A stretch of DNA of 64,000 bases from a bacterium (GCA_965216315.1 CBDCFN010000016.1:1056001-1120000); one strand, 5' to 3'; positions 47,601-58,361 are shown, counted from the first letter of the stretch. Made by a program: numbers and translations. The notes: a model not told the origin generated them from the letters alone.

Positions 47601-49229
47601 ATGGGGTTCGGGTTTGCACTTACATCGACGCATACTCCGACGGCGGCACTAGCTGCCGCGGGTGTAACTTTCAACCGAGCGACTTTCTTTGATGATGTGC
47701 TCCAAACTCAAGGGCTACGCCAAGTCTACCCCATTCGCGACCCTGCAGTTATTACGGAAGCCTTTGCTGCCTATCAAGGGAGTGACGCAGATCTCTTCAG
47801 TTTAGCGGGGACCGAACAAAGTCTCGATGTTGACAGCGGCACTGTTCCACTAACCTATTTGGATAGCACGGCTTCGACCAAGATGATTCCCCACGTGGAG
47901 GCGGCCGAAGCCAATGCCAATCGACATTACGCCAACAGCCATTCGGTTGCTCACAATCCTGCCATGATCTCTACTATCGATTTTAAGAATGCTCATCGCC
48001 GCGCACTTGATTTTGTGGGGGCTAATCCAACCACGCATGTTGCAGTTTTTGATGGCTCTGGTGCAACAGGTCCACTCAATCGAGTGGCAAGAAACCTTTT
48101 TGTCCATGGACGTGATGAAAAAAGGAACACAGTTCTCTTTACGGGCAAAGAGCATCATGCCAACCAGTTACCTTGGCAACGTTATGCCGGTAAGCTGCAT
48201 TGTCATGGTATTCCCGTAGATGGCGTTACAGGTTGTGTTGATATACCTGCCTATCGTCAGTTGCTTCAAGATCATAGTGAACGACTTCGTTTGGTCGCGG
48301 TCAATGGAGTGTCTAATGTGACCGGTGTGGTAGAGCCGGAATTGGAGCTGATGGCTCATTTGGCCCATGAGGTGGGTGCTCTGTTGTTGGTAGATTATGC
48401 TCAGGGCTTGGCTCATAGGGCGATCAGTATGCAAGAGCTGGGTATCGATTTTCTGGTTGCCTCAGGACATAAGACCTATGCACCCGGATCACCCGGCCTT
48501 CTAGTAATGCCACGAGACAGCACACCTCAGTATCCCGACAACGTGGGCGGTGGCATTGTTGAGTCCGTCGATATTGATGATTTTCAACTAAGCAGTAAAT
48601 TGCCCGATCGGGAAGAAGCAGGAACGCCAGATATTATCGGTGGAATTAAGTTTGCGGCGGCATTGGAGGCGCTAGCTTGGGTCGGTATGGATCGAGTTTG
48701 GCAGCACGAGTTGGAATTGACAGAGCAATTGGTGTCAGGATTGATGGCAATATCAGGCGTTGAGGTTTATGGTGATACAGATTTGGCCAGAACACCGCGT
48801 GCCGGTGTAGTAACATTCAATATTGATGGTCTCCATCATGCGATTCTGAGTCAGGCCTTATCGGATTATTTTAATATTGCAACCCGGAATGAGTGCTTTT
48901 GTGCTCAGCCGTATGTGAAATCGCTCTTTCATATGACGCCGGATCAATTGCGACGATTTAAGCACCAGCTTGCAGAGGGTGATCGGAGTAAGGCTCCCGG
49001 GATGGTAAGAGCCAGCTTGGGTATTTACAATACAACCAATGACATCCATCGATTGTTGGTAGCCGTGGCATGGATTAGCGCGAATAAGGATCGTTTGGTT
49101 CAGGAATACTATGTCGATACTAATGGCAATGCCTATCGTCATGACAAATGGCGGGTTGATGCCAATAGGTACAGTTCATTACCCTCTAGCAATGGTGACT
49201 CCCTTTATTTCCCATCGGTCGACAGCTGA
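47601..49229 (+). CDS. Cysteine desulfurase-like class V PLP enzyme (SufS-type) with an N-terminal extension
   Basis: YLDSTAST, EHHAN, SNVTG, VDYAQ, ASGHK (PLP lysine), EAGTP and RNECFCAQP motifs. Confidence 0.88.
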   Translation: MGFGFALTSTHTPTAALAAAGVTFNRATFFDDVLQTQGLRQVYPIRDPAVITEAFAAYQGSDADLFSLAGTEQSLDVDSGTVPLTYLDSTASTKMIPHVEAAEANANRHYANSHSVAHNPAMISTIDFKNAHRRALDFVGANPTTHVAVFDGSGATGPLNRVARNLFVHGRDEKRNTVLFTGKEHHANQLPWQRYAGKLHCHGIPVDGVTGCVDIPAYRQLLQDHSERLRLVAVNGVSNVTGVVEPELELMAHLAHEVGALLLVDYAQGLAHRAISMQELGIDFLVASGHKTYAPGSPGLLVMPRDSTPQYPDNVGGGIVESVDIDDFQLSSKLPDREEAGTPDIIGGIKFAAALEALAWVGMDRVWQHELELTEQLVSGLMAISGVEVYGDTDLARTPRAGVVTFNIDGLHHAILSQALSDYFNIATRNECFCAQPYVKSLFHMTPDQLRRFKHQLAEGDRSKAPGMVRASLGIYNTTNDIHRLLVAVAWISANKDRLVQEYYVDTNGNAYRHDKWRVDANRYSSLPSSNGDSLYFPSVDS

Positions 49230-49246
49230 ATCTGCATAGACCCCAG

Positions 49247-49272
49247 ACGCAACTTTTAGACCTAGCGGCCGA
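49247..49272 (+). promoter_or_regulatory. Alternative-sigma promoter-like motif ACGCAAC-N15-CCGA
   Basis: ACGCAAC TTTTAGACCTAGCGG CCGA AAAG, 13 nt before ATG 49286. Confidence 0.65.
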
Positions 49273-49285
49273 AAAGGGCCTTCTC

Positions 49286-50092
49286 ATGTTGGCCCTATCC
49301 ACTAACGTACTTGCACTGGCTCCAGCGCTTCTCGCCACTACCAATAGTAATGTGCCTCATATCGTCCGTCCTTCGCGCGCTGTCGGCGTCTCGATGTATC
49401 GGAGTCTTGAACGCTTTGCCAATCGACATGAGGGGACGGTCAGAGGGCAGGACGTGTTGAGGCAACTACGTCGTCTACCGAGTCGCTCTGAGTTGGGACT
49501 CGATCATGTGCGACAGTTGCAGGACTTACTCGACTTTCCGTGGTTCTTTGACGCGATTTTACCTAATCCGCTGCTTCTTGATGGCCTGATGCGGGCACTG
49601 GGGCTTAAGGATGATCGTTTTGAGCCGATGGCTGAATTGCTGCTTGCCGGCGGGATCAGGTCCCTGGCGAATCGTGTGAGGGCGCGCAATTTTCGGATAA
49701 AAGACGTTCCTCCCAGTTTTGTGACCTTTCATCCACGGACGGCGGCTCGTAACTGGTTGTGGTGGCAGCCTGAATATGACGTGCTTCTGCTCTGTCATCG
49801 ACCGGGAAGTGTTCAACCGATTCATACTCACGGCGGGGCGGTCGGGGTCGATTACGTGCTTTCGGGGACCATGAGGGAAGAACGCTTCTTGCCTTATCAA
49901 GAAGATACACTTCTGTTTGTGGGATCTCGGATCTACCAGCAGGGCGAGGCATTGGTCGTCAATGATGAAGGCATTCATCGTATCTCCAATGCGTCGGACA
50001 CGGAGAGTCTTTTGACGCTACATTTCTATACGCCGCCGATTCCTGTTTCCAAGGTGGAGACCTGGTATGAAAGTGATGTGGTCAATGCTTGA
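49286..50092 (+). CDS. Cysteine dioxygenase-like cupin with an N-terminal extension
   Basis: PIHTHGG, GIHRISN and TLHFYTPP give the 3-His CDO pattern. Confidence 0.8.
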   Translation: MLALSTNVLALAPALLATTNSNVPHIVRPSRAVGVSMYRSLERFANRHEGTVRGQDVLRQLRRLPSRSELGLDHVRQLQDLLDFPWFFDAILPNPLLLDGLMRALGLKDDRFEPMAELLLAGGIRSLANRVRARNFRIKDVPPSFVTFHPRTAARNWLWWQPEYDVLLLCHRPGSVQPIHTHGGAVGVDYVLSGTMREERFLPYQEDTLLFVGSRIYQQGEALVVNDEGIHRISNASDTESLLTLHFYTPPIPVSKVETWYESDVVNA

Positions 50093-50314
50093 CCGTACCG
50101 ATATGACCACTTAGGACCAAGTGGTAATTTGTACTCTACAATCAGACATTTAGCACGCCTGCCTTGAAGTACACCTGAATCAAGAGAAGTCCTTATTGCG
50201 CCGCGTTATTATTAGTTGCGAATTAATTACGAGCGCGCTTGGGCATGGCGAAGGTGATTTCATTGACAGGGGGCCACTTTTGGGCGAACTTCCAATTCTT
50301 TTAAGGATTACAGC

Positions 50315-52705
50315 ATGTTTCGACGGTTTACTGAAAAATACCTCAACTTGAGTCTCCGCTTTTGGATCGTCGTCTTGGTCGTCGCCGGGGCGGTGGCGGT
50401 GCCTTCGTTTCAGCGGACCATCGGGATGTTTAAGAACATCGACACTGATCTGGCCAATTTGCTGCCCGAGTCCTATCCGAGTGTCCAACTCATCGAGAAG
50501 GTCCGCGATAAATTGGCGAGTTCGGGGAATCTGTGGGTTATTCTCGAGGGACCTGACCGGGAAGTGATTCTGCCATTCCTGCGTGAAGTCGTCCAACAGT
50601 TGCAACAGCATCCGCAAATCCATGATGTCGAGTATCAAAAACCCGGCTTTGACTTTTTTGACGAGCACAAGCTGCTCTATGTCTCCTTGGATGATCTCAA
50701 GGACATAAAGGTGAGCATCGATCGTAAGATCCAGCGCGAAAAACTCGGGGGCTTTTACATCAGCTTTGAGGATGAGCAGGAGGCGCCGAAGAGTTTTGAT
50801 GATCTGATTGCTAAATATAAAGGCGAGTATTCGAGCGGTGTACGGAGTCCGTATTATGAGAGTGACGATGGAAAGGTATTTCTGATTAATGTGAAGCCGA
50901 CCGGGAAGTCCAGTGATTTTAAATTTGCCAAGCAGTTCTATAAAAGCGTGCGTGAGCAGTTGGCCGACTTTCGGCCGGAATCGCGCCACAAAGACATTGT
51001 CATCTATTACGCAGGATCGATTCGAACCCGTGTCGATGAGTACGGGTCCCTGATGGGAGATCTTGCGACTGCCGGATATGTTGCGGGTATCGGGATGTTG
51101 TTATTGCTGATGTTGGTATTTCGAGGGATACGCCCGATTCTTTTAGTGTTGATCCCATTATGTCTCAGCATACTTTATACCTTTGGGATTGCCTCGTTCT
51201 TTGTCAAAGGGTTCAACACCGTGACGGCCTTTATGTTTGCCATCATGATGGGGCTTGGAATTGATTTTGGTATTCATATGGTGTCCCGATATCTGGAGGC
51301 GCGTAGTCTCGGTGCTGAACGACGGGATGGTTTATTTCAGGTGCTCTATTATGTCGGGCGGGCTTCTTGGACGTCGGCTGTGACGACGGCGACGGCCTTT
51401 TTTCTGCTGCTCATCGTCGACTTCAAGGGCTTTGCGGAGTTCGGTTTGATCGCCGGTATTGGCATTATCACTTCTTTTGTTACTTATTGGCTTTTGCTTC
51501 CGGCGTGGACTCGCTGCTTGGAATTGTTCGGGCCGATGCGGCGTGCGCCGGTGCCATTTTTGAAATTTTTGACACGCTTTGCGACGTTTCCGCGGCCAAA
51601 ACTCATCTTTGGGGTGACCATGGGTATAACGGCATTGAGCATTGCGGCTTTTCCGTGGGTGGGCTTCGAATACGATTACGGCAAACTAAGATCTCATTTG
51701 CCTAAGGCGGAGAAGGCGCGGAGCATGGAGCAGCGGGTACGACAACGTCGTCCGAATCCGGCCGTTGTGTTTATTAATGGTCAGGAAGATGCCGATGCGC
51801 TCGAGCTTGCAGTTAATGAAATAAAACAGAAAGAAGGTTCTCTCATCGATAAGTTCGCATCGATGTATTCACTTGTTCCGGAACAGCAAAGTGAAAAGCA
51901 AGTGGTCATGAGTGAAATCGACGAGTTGCTCCAGGATGATGTGATCGAGAAATTAGTTAAGGATAAAGATAAAAAGGAGATTGAAGATTTTCGGCGGTCA
52001 TTAAAGGTAGATAATGTGACCCTGGAAGATGTGCCGGAGATGACAAAGGCTAAATTTATCGGGGATGAAACCATTCCCGGTACGGTTGGGCTCATTGTTC
52101 CAAAGGCGGGAATCGAACTCCATGATGGGCGCCATGCGATTAAATTTGCGAATGAGATCCAGGTTATTGAAACATCGCGGGGAAAGTTTGATGCTTCGAG
52201 CGACGCCATTATCTTTGCTAACGTACTATCGGTTATGCTCGAGGAGACGCGTATCGCTATTCCGCTAGCTTTTTTGGGCGTATTTCTCTTTCTTGTCTTG
52301 GATTTTAGAAACCCCAAAAAAGTAATTGCTGTACTTGTGCCGTGGATTTCAGGAGTACTGTGGATGTCGGGGGCTATGGTGCTGATGGGAATACGCTTGA
52401 ATTTTTACAACGTATTTATACCTGCCGCGGTGTTTGGTATGGGTATTGACTATTCGGTCCATATTTTTCACCGCTTTTTGGAAAAGACTTCGGATGTGCC
52501 GGCAGCTGTCGCCTCGGCAGGTCGGGCGGTTATTATTGCCGGATTAACCACGATGATTGGTTTCTCTGGGTTGGCTTTGGCCAATCATCGTGGTTTGCAG
52601 TCAATGGGTTGGCTGGCGATTGTAGGGATTTTTTCGAGTATGGTGTGTTCTCTGACGATGCTGCCGGCAGCCCTGGAAATATGGAGAAAGAAGCCACGTT
52701 CATGA
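50315..52705 (+). CDS. MMPL/RND family transporter
   Basis: GLGIDFGIH and GMGIDYSVH repeats; two TM halves. Confidence 0.9.
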   Translation: MFRRFTEKYLNLSLRFWIVVLVVAGAVAVPSFQRTIGMFKNIDTDLANLLPESYPSVQLIEKVRDKLASSGNLWVILEGPDREVILPFLREVVQQLQQHPQIHDVEYQKPGFDFFDEHKLLYVSLDDLKDIKVSIDRKIQREKLGGFYISFEDEQEAPKSFDDLIAKYKGEYSSGVRSPYYESDDGKVFLINVKPTGKSSDFKFAKQFYKSVREQLADFRPESRHKDIVIYYAGSIRTRVDEYGSLMGDLATAGYVAGIGMLLLLMLVFRGIRPILLVLIPLCLSILYTFGIASFFVKGFNTVTAFMFAIMMGLGIDFGIHMVSRYLEARSLGAERRDGLFQVLYYVGRASWTSAVTTATAFFLLLIVDFKGFAEFGLIAGIGIITSFVTYWLLLPAWTRCLELFGPMRRAPVPFLKFLTRFATFPRPKLIFGVTMGITALSIAAFPWVGFEYDYGKLRSHLPKAEKARSMEQRVRQRRPNPAVVFINGQEDADALELAVNEIKQKEGSLIDKFASMYSLVPEQQSEKQVVMSEIDELLQDDVIEKLVKDKDKKEIEDFRRSLKVDNVTLEDVPEMTKAKFIGDETIPGTVGLIVPKAGIELHDGRHAIKFANEIQVIETSRGKFDASSDAIIFANVLSVMLEETRIAIPLAFLGVFLFLVLDFRNPKKVIAVLVPWISGVLWMSGAMVLMGIRLNFYNVFIPAAVFGMGIDYSVHIFHRFLEKTSDVPAAVASAGRAVIIAGLTTMIGFSGLALANHRGLQSMGWLAIVGIFSSMVCSLTMLPAALEIWRKKPRS

Positions 52706-54177
52706 TTACGCTTCAGAAATTTAAAAAACTGGCTGAATCGCACAATCTTATCGTGTTGGATGAAGAAATTATTGCGGATACGGAGACACCTGTCTCCGTT
52801 TTTCAGCGTTTTCGCGATGAACCCTATAGTTTTTTATTGGAGAGTGTCGAGGGTCAAGAACGCTGGGCCCAGTATAGCTTTATTGGTTTTCAACCGCTGG
52901 AACTCTTTCGGAGTTACGGCCATAATATAGAGATAAAGGGAAGGCGCGGGGAATGGAAGGCTAAAAAAGTTGATGATCCCCTAGCGGAGTTAGGGAAGAT
53001 TTTGAAGAAATATAAGGTCCCGGATCTTCCCGGCTTACCGCGTTTCTCGAGTGGTGCTGTCGGCTATCTGGGCTATGATGTGGTGCGTTTTATCGAGAAA
53101 ATGCCTCGGGTAAAGCAAGAGGCGACCGATCCATGGGACTGCTTCTTTATGGTTCCGCAGGTATTATTGGTTTTTGATAATCGTGAACATTCACTGCATG
53201 TACTCTATCATGTGCCGATACCGAAGCGGGCTGATCTCAAGGATCTCTATGAAAAGGCTCGGACCGAGCTCCGCGAATTAGTGGTACGACTTCGGCAATC
53301 TAGTTTAGGCGTGGTTAAAAAACCTTTACCGGAAGCAGGCAAGCCCAACTTTAGGGCGCTGTGGAAAAAAGAGTCTTTCATTAAAGCGGTACGTCAGACC
53401 CAGGAGTATATCCGAGCGGGTGATTGTATCCAGACGGTCTTGAGTCTGCGCTTTCGAGCTCCCTATAAAGGAGACAGCTTTAATATTTATCGCGCTTTGC
53501 GCCGTGTAAATCCGTCTCCGTATTTGTATTACCTGCATATGGAGGATCATGATGTCGTCGGTGCGTCACCGGAGACAATGGTGCGACTCGAGGCAGGAAT
53601 GCTGACTTTGAGGCCGATTGCTGGAACGCGTCCGCGGGGCAAAACAGAAGCGGAAGATAAGGCTTACGAAGCCGATTTGTTGGCTGACCCTAAGGAGTGT
53701 GCTGAGCATATCATGCTTGTTGACTTGGGTCGTAATGACTTAGGTCGCGTTGGTAAGAGCGGAAGTGTCGAGGTTAATGAGTTTATGGTTATCGAACGCT
53801 ACTCGCATGTGATGCATATTGTGTCCAATGTGCGTGCTGAGTTAAAGAAACAGAAATCAGCGCTGGATGTGCTGCGCGCCACTTTTCCGGCCGGGACGCT
53901 TTCCGGTGCTCCTAAGGTGCGGGCCATGGAGATTATTTACGAATTCGAACCGACACGCAGGGGTGTCTATGGCGGTTGCATCGGGTATATCGATTTTTCA
54001 GGGAATATGGATACAGCCATAGCCATACGCACGGCAATTGTTCATAAGGGTCAAGTTGAGGTTCAGGCGGGTGCCGGTATAGTCGTCGATTCAAGGCCTG
54101 AGAATGAATACGATGAGTGTATGAACAAGGCAAAGGCCATTATGCATGCTGTCGAGATGGCACAGAAGGATTACTAA
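52702..54177 (+). CDS. trpE: Anthranilate synthase component I
   Basis: [19 protein letters not shown] and [12 protein letters not shown] motifs. ATG 52702 overlaps the MMPL stop. Confidence 0.96.
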   Translation: MITLQKFKKLAESHNLIVLDEEIIADTETPVSVFQRFRDEPYSFLLESVEGQERWAQYSFIGFQPLELFRSYGHNIEIKGRRGEWKAKKVDDPLAELGKILKKYKVPDLPGLPRFSSGAVGYLGYDVVRFIEKMPRVKQEATDPWDCFFMVPQVLLVFDNREHSLHVLYHVPIPKRADLKDLYEKARTELRELVVRLRQSSLGVVKKPLPEAGKPNFRALWKKESFIKAVRQTQEYIRAGDCIQTVLSLRFRAPYKGDSFNIYRALRRVNPSPYLYYLHMEDHDVVGASPETMVRLEAGMLTLRPIAGTRPRGKTEAEDKAYEADLLADPKECAEHIMLVDLGRNDLGRVGKSGSVEVNEFMVIERYSHVMHIVSNVRAELKKQKSALDVLRATFPAGTLSGAPKVRAMEIIYEFEPTRRGVYGGCIGYIDFSGNMDTAIAIRTAIVHKGQVEVQAGAGIVVDSRPENEYDECMNKAKAIMHAVEMAQKDY

Positions 54178-54752
54178 TGCTGTTGATGATCGATAACTAC
54201 GATTCGTTTACCTATAATTTAGTCCAGTATTTTATGGAGCTGGGGGAGGATGTGCAAGTTTATCGTAATGATGCCATTACGCTTAAAAAAATTACTGCGC
54301 TTAATCCTCGAAAAATTGTCGTTTCTCCCGGACCTTGTACGCCGAACGAGGCGGGAATTTCTCTTGCACTTATCAAGGCCTTTGCGGGAAAAATTCCTAT
54401 ATTAGGTGTCTGTCTGGGGCATCAGTCGATCGCGCAGGCCTTTGGGGGCGAAATTATCCGGGCCTATCGAATCATGCATGGTAAGACTTCGCAGGTGTAC
54501 CATGATGGTAAGACCTTATTTAAAGATATCGACCAACCCTTTGAGGCGACGAGATACCACTCGTTGCTTGTTAATCGAGAAGCGTTGCCTGATTGTTTTG
54601 AGATCAGTGCTTGGACACGCGAACAGGAAATTATGGGGTTAAGGCATAAGGAACTTTTTGTGGAAGGTATTCAATTTCATCCCGAATCTATTCTGACGAA
54701 AGCAGGTAAGTCCCTGCTGAACAATTTCCTGGTAAGATGTTCACAGACGTAA
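54177..54752 (+). CDS. trpG: Anthranilate synthase component II
   Basis: [22 protein letters not shown] and QFHPES motifs. Confidence 0.95.
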   Translation: MLLMIDNYDSFTYNLVQYFMELGEDVQVYRNDAITLKKITALNPRKIVVSPGPCTPNEAGISLALIKAFAGKIPILGVCLGHQSIAQAFGGEIIRAYRIMHGKTSQVYHDGKTLFKDIDQPFEATRYHSLLVNREALPDCFEISAWTREQEIMGLRHKELFVEGIQFHPESILTKAGKSLLNNFLVRCSQT

Positions 54753-55750
54753 TTGAAAAGCTCCGACAAGGCAATTCCCTGGACGAGGCGAGCATGGAGT
54801 CCGTTATGGAAGAGATCATGACGGGTGAAGTTGCACAGGGTGATCTTGCTGCTTTTTTAATCGCATTGCGTGATAAAGGCGAGAGTATTGAGGAGATCAG
54901 CGCAGCGGCGCGCGTGATGCGTCGTCATGCGATACAATGCCGTGGAATACCCGAAGGAGTTGTCGATACATGTGGGACCGGGGGGGATAATAAAGGAACG
55001 TTTAACATATCGACAGCGGCGGCCTTCGTTGTGGCGGGTGCCGGAGTTCCGGTCGCTAAGCATGGTAATCGTTCTGTGAGCTCGAAATCAGGAAGTGCTG
55101 ACGTCCTTGAGGCTCTTGGGGTGACTATCGAATTAGGCCCTGAACAAGTTGAGAAATGTCTTCAAGAAGTCGGGATCGCTTTCTTTTTCGCGAGGAGATT
55201 TCATCCGGCGATGAAACACGTCGCTGCGGCACGTCAAGAGGTCGGCACGCGGACGATCTTTAATCTGTTGGGCCCGTTGACAAATCCGGCCGGGGCAAAG
55301 CGCCAGTTGATCGGTGTTTTTGATGAAAAATGGTGCCAACCATTAGCTCAGGTGCTGGCTAATTTAGGTTCTGAACATGTCATGGTTGTTCATGGTATGG
55401 ACGGACTCGATGAGGTCAGCTTGACGACAAAGACCATCTTTGCAGAGTATAAGGAGGGTCTCGTTGAGGTTGGAGAAATTGACCCTGAATCGCTTGGTTT
55501 GACGCTTTGTAAGCCTGAGGATCTATTGGGAGGGGATGCGGCGCATAACGCGCATTTATTACGCGGTTTGCTCGAAGGCTATGAGTCGCCATTACGTGAT
55601 GCGGTGTTGTTGAATGCGGCCGCAGCACTTGTCGTAGCCGGACGCGCCGCTGATATTCACGATGGGATTAGCATTGCCTCTAAATCACTCGCGCAAGGCA
55701 AGGCCTTAAGTAAATTAAGGGAGCTCATTGAAGTAAGTCGATCAGTATAG
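54737..55750 (+). CDS. trpD: Anthranilate phosphoribosyltransferase
   Basis: DTCGTGGD and [15 protein letters not shown] motifs. Confidence 0.97.
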   Translation: MFTDVIEKLRQGNSLDEASMESVMEEIMTGEVAQGDLAAFLIALRDKGESIEEISAAARVMRRHAIQCRGIPEGVVDTCGTGGDNKGTFNISTAAAFVVAGAGVPVAKHGNRSVSSKSGSADVLEALGVTIELGPEQVEKCLQEVGIAFFFARRFHPAMKHVAAARQEVGTRTIFNLLGPLTNPAGAKRQLIGVFDEKWCQPLAQVLANLGSEHVMVVHGMDGLDEVSLTTKTIFAEYKEGLVEVGEIDPESLGLTLCKPEDLLGGDAAHNAHLLRGLLEGYESPLRDAVLLNAAAALVVAGRAADIHDGISIASKSLAQGKALSKLRELIEVSRSV

Positions 55751-55752
55751 AG

Positions 55753-56565
55753 ATGAATTATTTAGATAAAATCTGTAGTTATAAAAAGGAAGAGCTTGAG
55801 AGTGCCCAGAGGAAACGTCCACTCGCAGATCTTCGTGCGCGTGCCAATGACGTCGAGCCAGCGCGTGATTTCTATGCGGCATTGACGTCTGGTGGAAGTG
55901 AACGCCTATTTATTATAGCTGAAATTAAGAAGGCCTCGCCCTCGCGTGGGATTATTGTTGAGGACTTTGACCCGCTGCGCATAGCTCATATGTATGAAGA
56001 AAACGGAGCTGCAGCCATATCCGTGTTGACAGACGAACATTTTTTTCAAGGTAACCTGGCTTATCTTAAGCAAATTCGTCAGCATGTAAAACTCCCCTTA
56101 TTGAGAAAAGATTTTACCCTCAACGAGTACCATATATATGAAGCGCGTGCAGCAGAGGCCGATGCCGTTTTATTGATTGCACGCATCTTAGAGCCCAGTC
56201 AGTTGTGGGATTACCGTGATTTGGCTCAAGAACTGGGAATGAGTGTGCTCATCGAAGTCCATAGTCAGGATGAAGTGGATGAAGTGCTGGTGGGTCAGTC
56301 GGAGGCCTGTTTTCGTGCTTCGCTGCTAGGAGTCAACAACCGGAACCTAACGACCTTTGAGACGGATTTAGCGGCTTCGGAGCAGCTTGCGGCCCATTTA
56401 TCAATGAAACTTCCCTTGGTTGCTGAAAGTGGTATTCATAAGCGAGAAGATATTGAACGGTTGGAGAAGGCCGGTATCAGGATTTTCTTGATAGGGGAGT
56501 CCCTCTTGGCGGCTTCTGATCCGGCTCATAAATTGCGAGAATTATTGGGACATGGCGCTCGTTAA
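55753..56565 (+). CDS. trpC: Indole-3-glycerol-phosphate synthase
   Basis: AEIKKASPS, LRKDF, GVNNRNL and AESGI motifs. Confidence 0.96.
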   Translation: MNYLDKICSYKKEELESAQRKRPLADLRARANDVEPARDFYAALTSGGSERLFIIAEIKKASPSRGIIVEDFDPLRIAHMYEENGAAAISVLTDEHFFQGNLAYLKQIRQHVKLPLLRKDFTLNEYHIYEARAAEADAVLLIARILEPSQLWDYRDLAQELGMSVLIEVHSQDEVDEVLVGQSEACFRASLLGVNNRNLTTFETDLAASEQLAAHLSMKLPLVAESGIHKREDIERLEKAGIRIFLIGESLLAASDPAHKLRELLGHGAR

Positions 56566-57184
56566 GATCTGCGGCATTACGAATGAAGAAGACGCACTGG
56601 CCGCGATCGAAGCAGGGGCCGATGCTTTGGGCTTTAATTTCTATTCGAAGAGTCCTCGTTATATTGATATTGAAACAGCGCGCGAGATTAGTTTGGCGAT
56701 GCCGGAGTCAATTCTGAAGGTCGGTGTTTTTGTTGATGCCCCCGAAGAGCAAGTGCGTGTCCATTCTCAGGTAGCGGCACTTGATTACCTCCAATTTCAC
56801 GGAGATGAAACACCGTATTATTGTGAGCAATTTGCGACGCCCTATTGGAAAGCATTTCGCTTGCGTGACGAGAAGACGTTGGCATTGATGGAAAAGTTTG
56901 AACCTTATGCCTATCTGGTTGATGCTTATCAAGAAGGGATGTTAGGAGGGACCGGTACAGTCGCTGATTGGGACCTGGCAGTTAAAGCGGGTCAGTTAGG
57001 TCGCCTCGTTCTCGCCGGGGGGCTGAGCCCGGATAACGTCGAAATGGCACTTGCGACGGTGCGTCCATGGTGTATTGATGTCTGTAGCGGGATTGAAACG
57101 CGGCCGGGAATCAAAGACCCTGTAGCGATGATAGAATTTATTAAACGTGTAAAGGAATTCAACGAAGGTGAAACGACAACCTGA
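56552..57184 (+). CDS. trpF: Phosphoribosylanthranilate isomerase
   Basis: VKICGIT, QFHGDE, GGTG and LAGGL motifs. Confidence 0.96.
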   Translation: MALVKICGITNEEDALAAIEAGADALGFNFYSKSPRYIDIETAREISLAMPESILKVGVFVDAPEEQVRVHSQVAALDYLQFHGDETPYYCEQFATPYWKAFRLRDEKTLALMEKFEPYAYLVDAYQEGMLGGTGTVADWDLAVKAGQLGRLVLAGGLSPDNVEMALATVRPWCIDVCSGIETRPGIKDPVAMIEFIKRVKEFNEGETTT

Positions 57185-58361
57185 CAAGCGAGGTCATTTT
57201 GGTGATTTTGGCGGTATGTATGTCGCTGAAACCCTGATGTATCCATTACAAGAGCTCGAAGAGGCCTACCGGACTATAGTCCAGCGACCTGCCTTTCGTG
57301 AAGAATTAGCTGATTATGCCAGGCGTTATGTGGGGCGGCCGACTCCGCTTTATTATGCCAAGCGGCTCAGTGAAAGAATTGGCGGTGCGCGCATTTATCT
57401 CAAGCGCGAAGATCTCTGTCATACGGGCGCCCACAAAGTAAACAATACCTTGGGGCAATGTTTGCTTGCTCAAAAAATGGGTAAGCAGCGAATAATCGCC
57501 GAGACGGGAGCGGGACAACACGGAGTGGCAACGGCGACAATGACGGCACTCTTGGGGCAAGAATGTGAAGTTTATATGGGTGACGAGGATATCCATCGCC
57601 AACAGCCCAATTTTTTTCGCATGCGTTTGCTGGGAGCCAAGGTGATTCCAGTGCATTCAGGCTCAAAAACGCTTAAGGACGCTCTGAATGAGGCTTTGCG
57701 AGACTGGATCACCAATGTGGCGACAACACATTATTGTATCGGGACGGTGGCGGGACCTCATCCTTACCCCGAGATGGTTCGAGATTTTCAGGCAGTGATT
57801 GGGGAGGAAACGAAAAAGCAATTTCGTGAATTCTCAAAACGACCTCCTGACTATTTAGTGGCCTGTATTGGTGGTGGGTCTAATGCGATTGGACTTTTTT
57901 ATCCGTTTTTAAAAAATAAGCGAGTTGGGATCTATGGAGTGGAAGCGGCAGGTGAGGGGCTGAAGACAGGGCGTCATGCGGCCTCATTGCTTAAAGGAGA
58001 TATTGGCATCCTGCATGGCTCAAAATCCTACGTTGTGCAAACAGGTGAAGGTCAAATTATTCCGACTCATTCAATTTCAGCAGGCCTTGATTACCCGGGT
58101 GTCGGTCCGGAACACAGTTACTTGAAAGATACGGGTCGTGTTCAGTATGTTGCTGCGACGGATAAAGACGCCATGAATGCCTTTGAAGTTCTTTCAAAGA
58201 CGGAAGGAATCATTCCCGCGCTGGAGAGTGCGCATGCGGTCGCTTATGCCATGAAGCTGGCACGCAAACTGGCTAAGAGTAAGCGCATTGTTGTTAACTT
58301 ATCGGGGCGGGGAGATAAAGATCTCAATACGGCGGCCGAATGGTTTGGAGTTAAGTTATAA
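57168..58361 (+). CDS. trpB: Tryptophan synthase beta subunit
   Basis: [18 protein letters not shown] and [11 protein letters not shown] motifs. Confidence 0.98.
   Translation: MKRQPDKRGHFGDFGGMYVAETLMYPLQELEEAYRTIVQRPAFREELADYARRYVGRPTPLYYAKRLSERIGGARIYLKREDLCHTGAHKVNNTLGQCLLAQKMGKQRIIAETGAGQHGVATATMTALLGQECEVYMGDEDIHRQQPNFFRMRLLGAKVIPVHSGSKTLKDALNEALRDWITNVATTHYCIGTVAGPHPYPEMVRDFQAVIGEETKKQFREFSKRPPDYLVACIGGGSNAIGLFYPFLKNKRVGIYGVEAAGEGLKTGRHAASLLKGDIGILHGSKSYVVQTGEGQIIPTHSISAGLDYPGVGPEHSYLKDTGRVQYVAATDKDAMNAFEVLSKTEGIIPALESAHAVAYAMKLARKLAKSKRIVVNLSGRGDKDLNTAAEWFGVKL

Noticed and set aside
50180..50989. 269-aa minus-strand ORF
   Set aside because: Mostly antisense to the MMPL gene and has no recognisable motifs.
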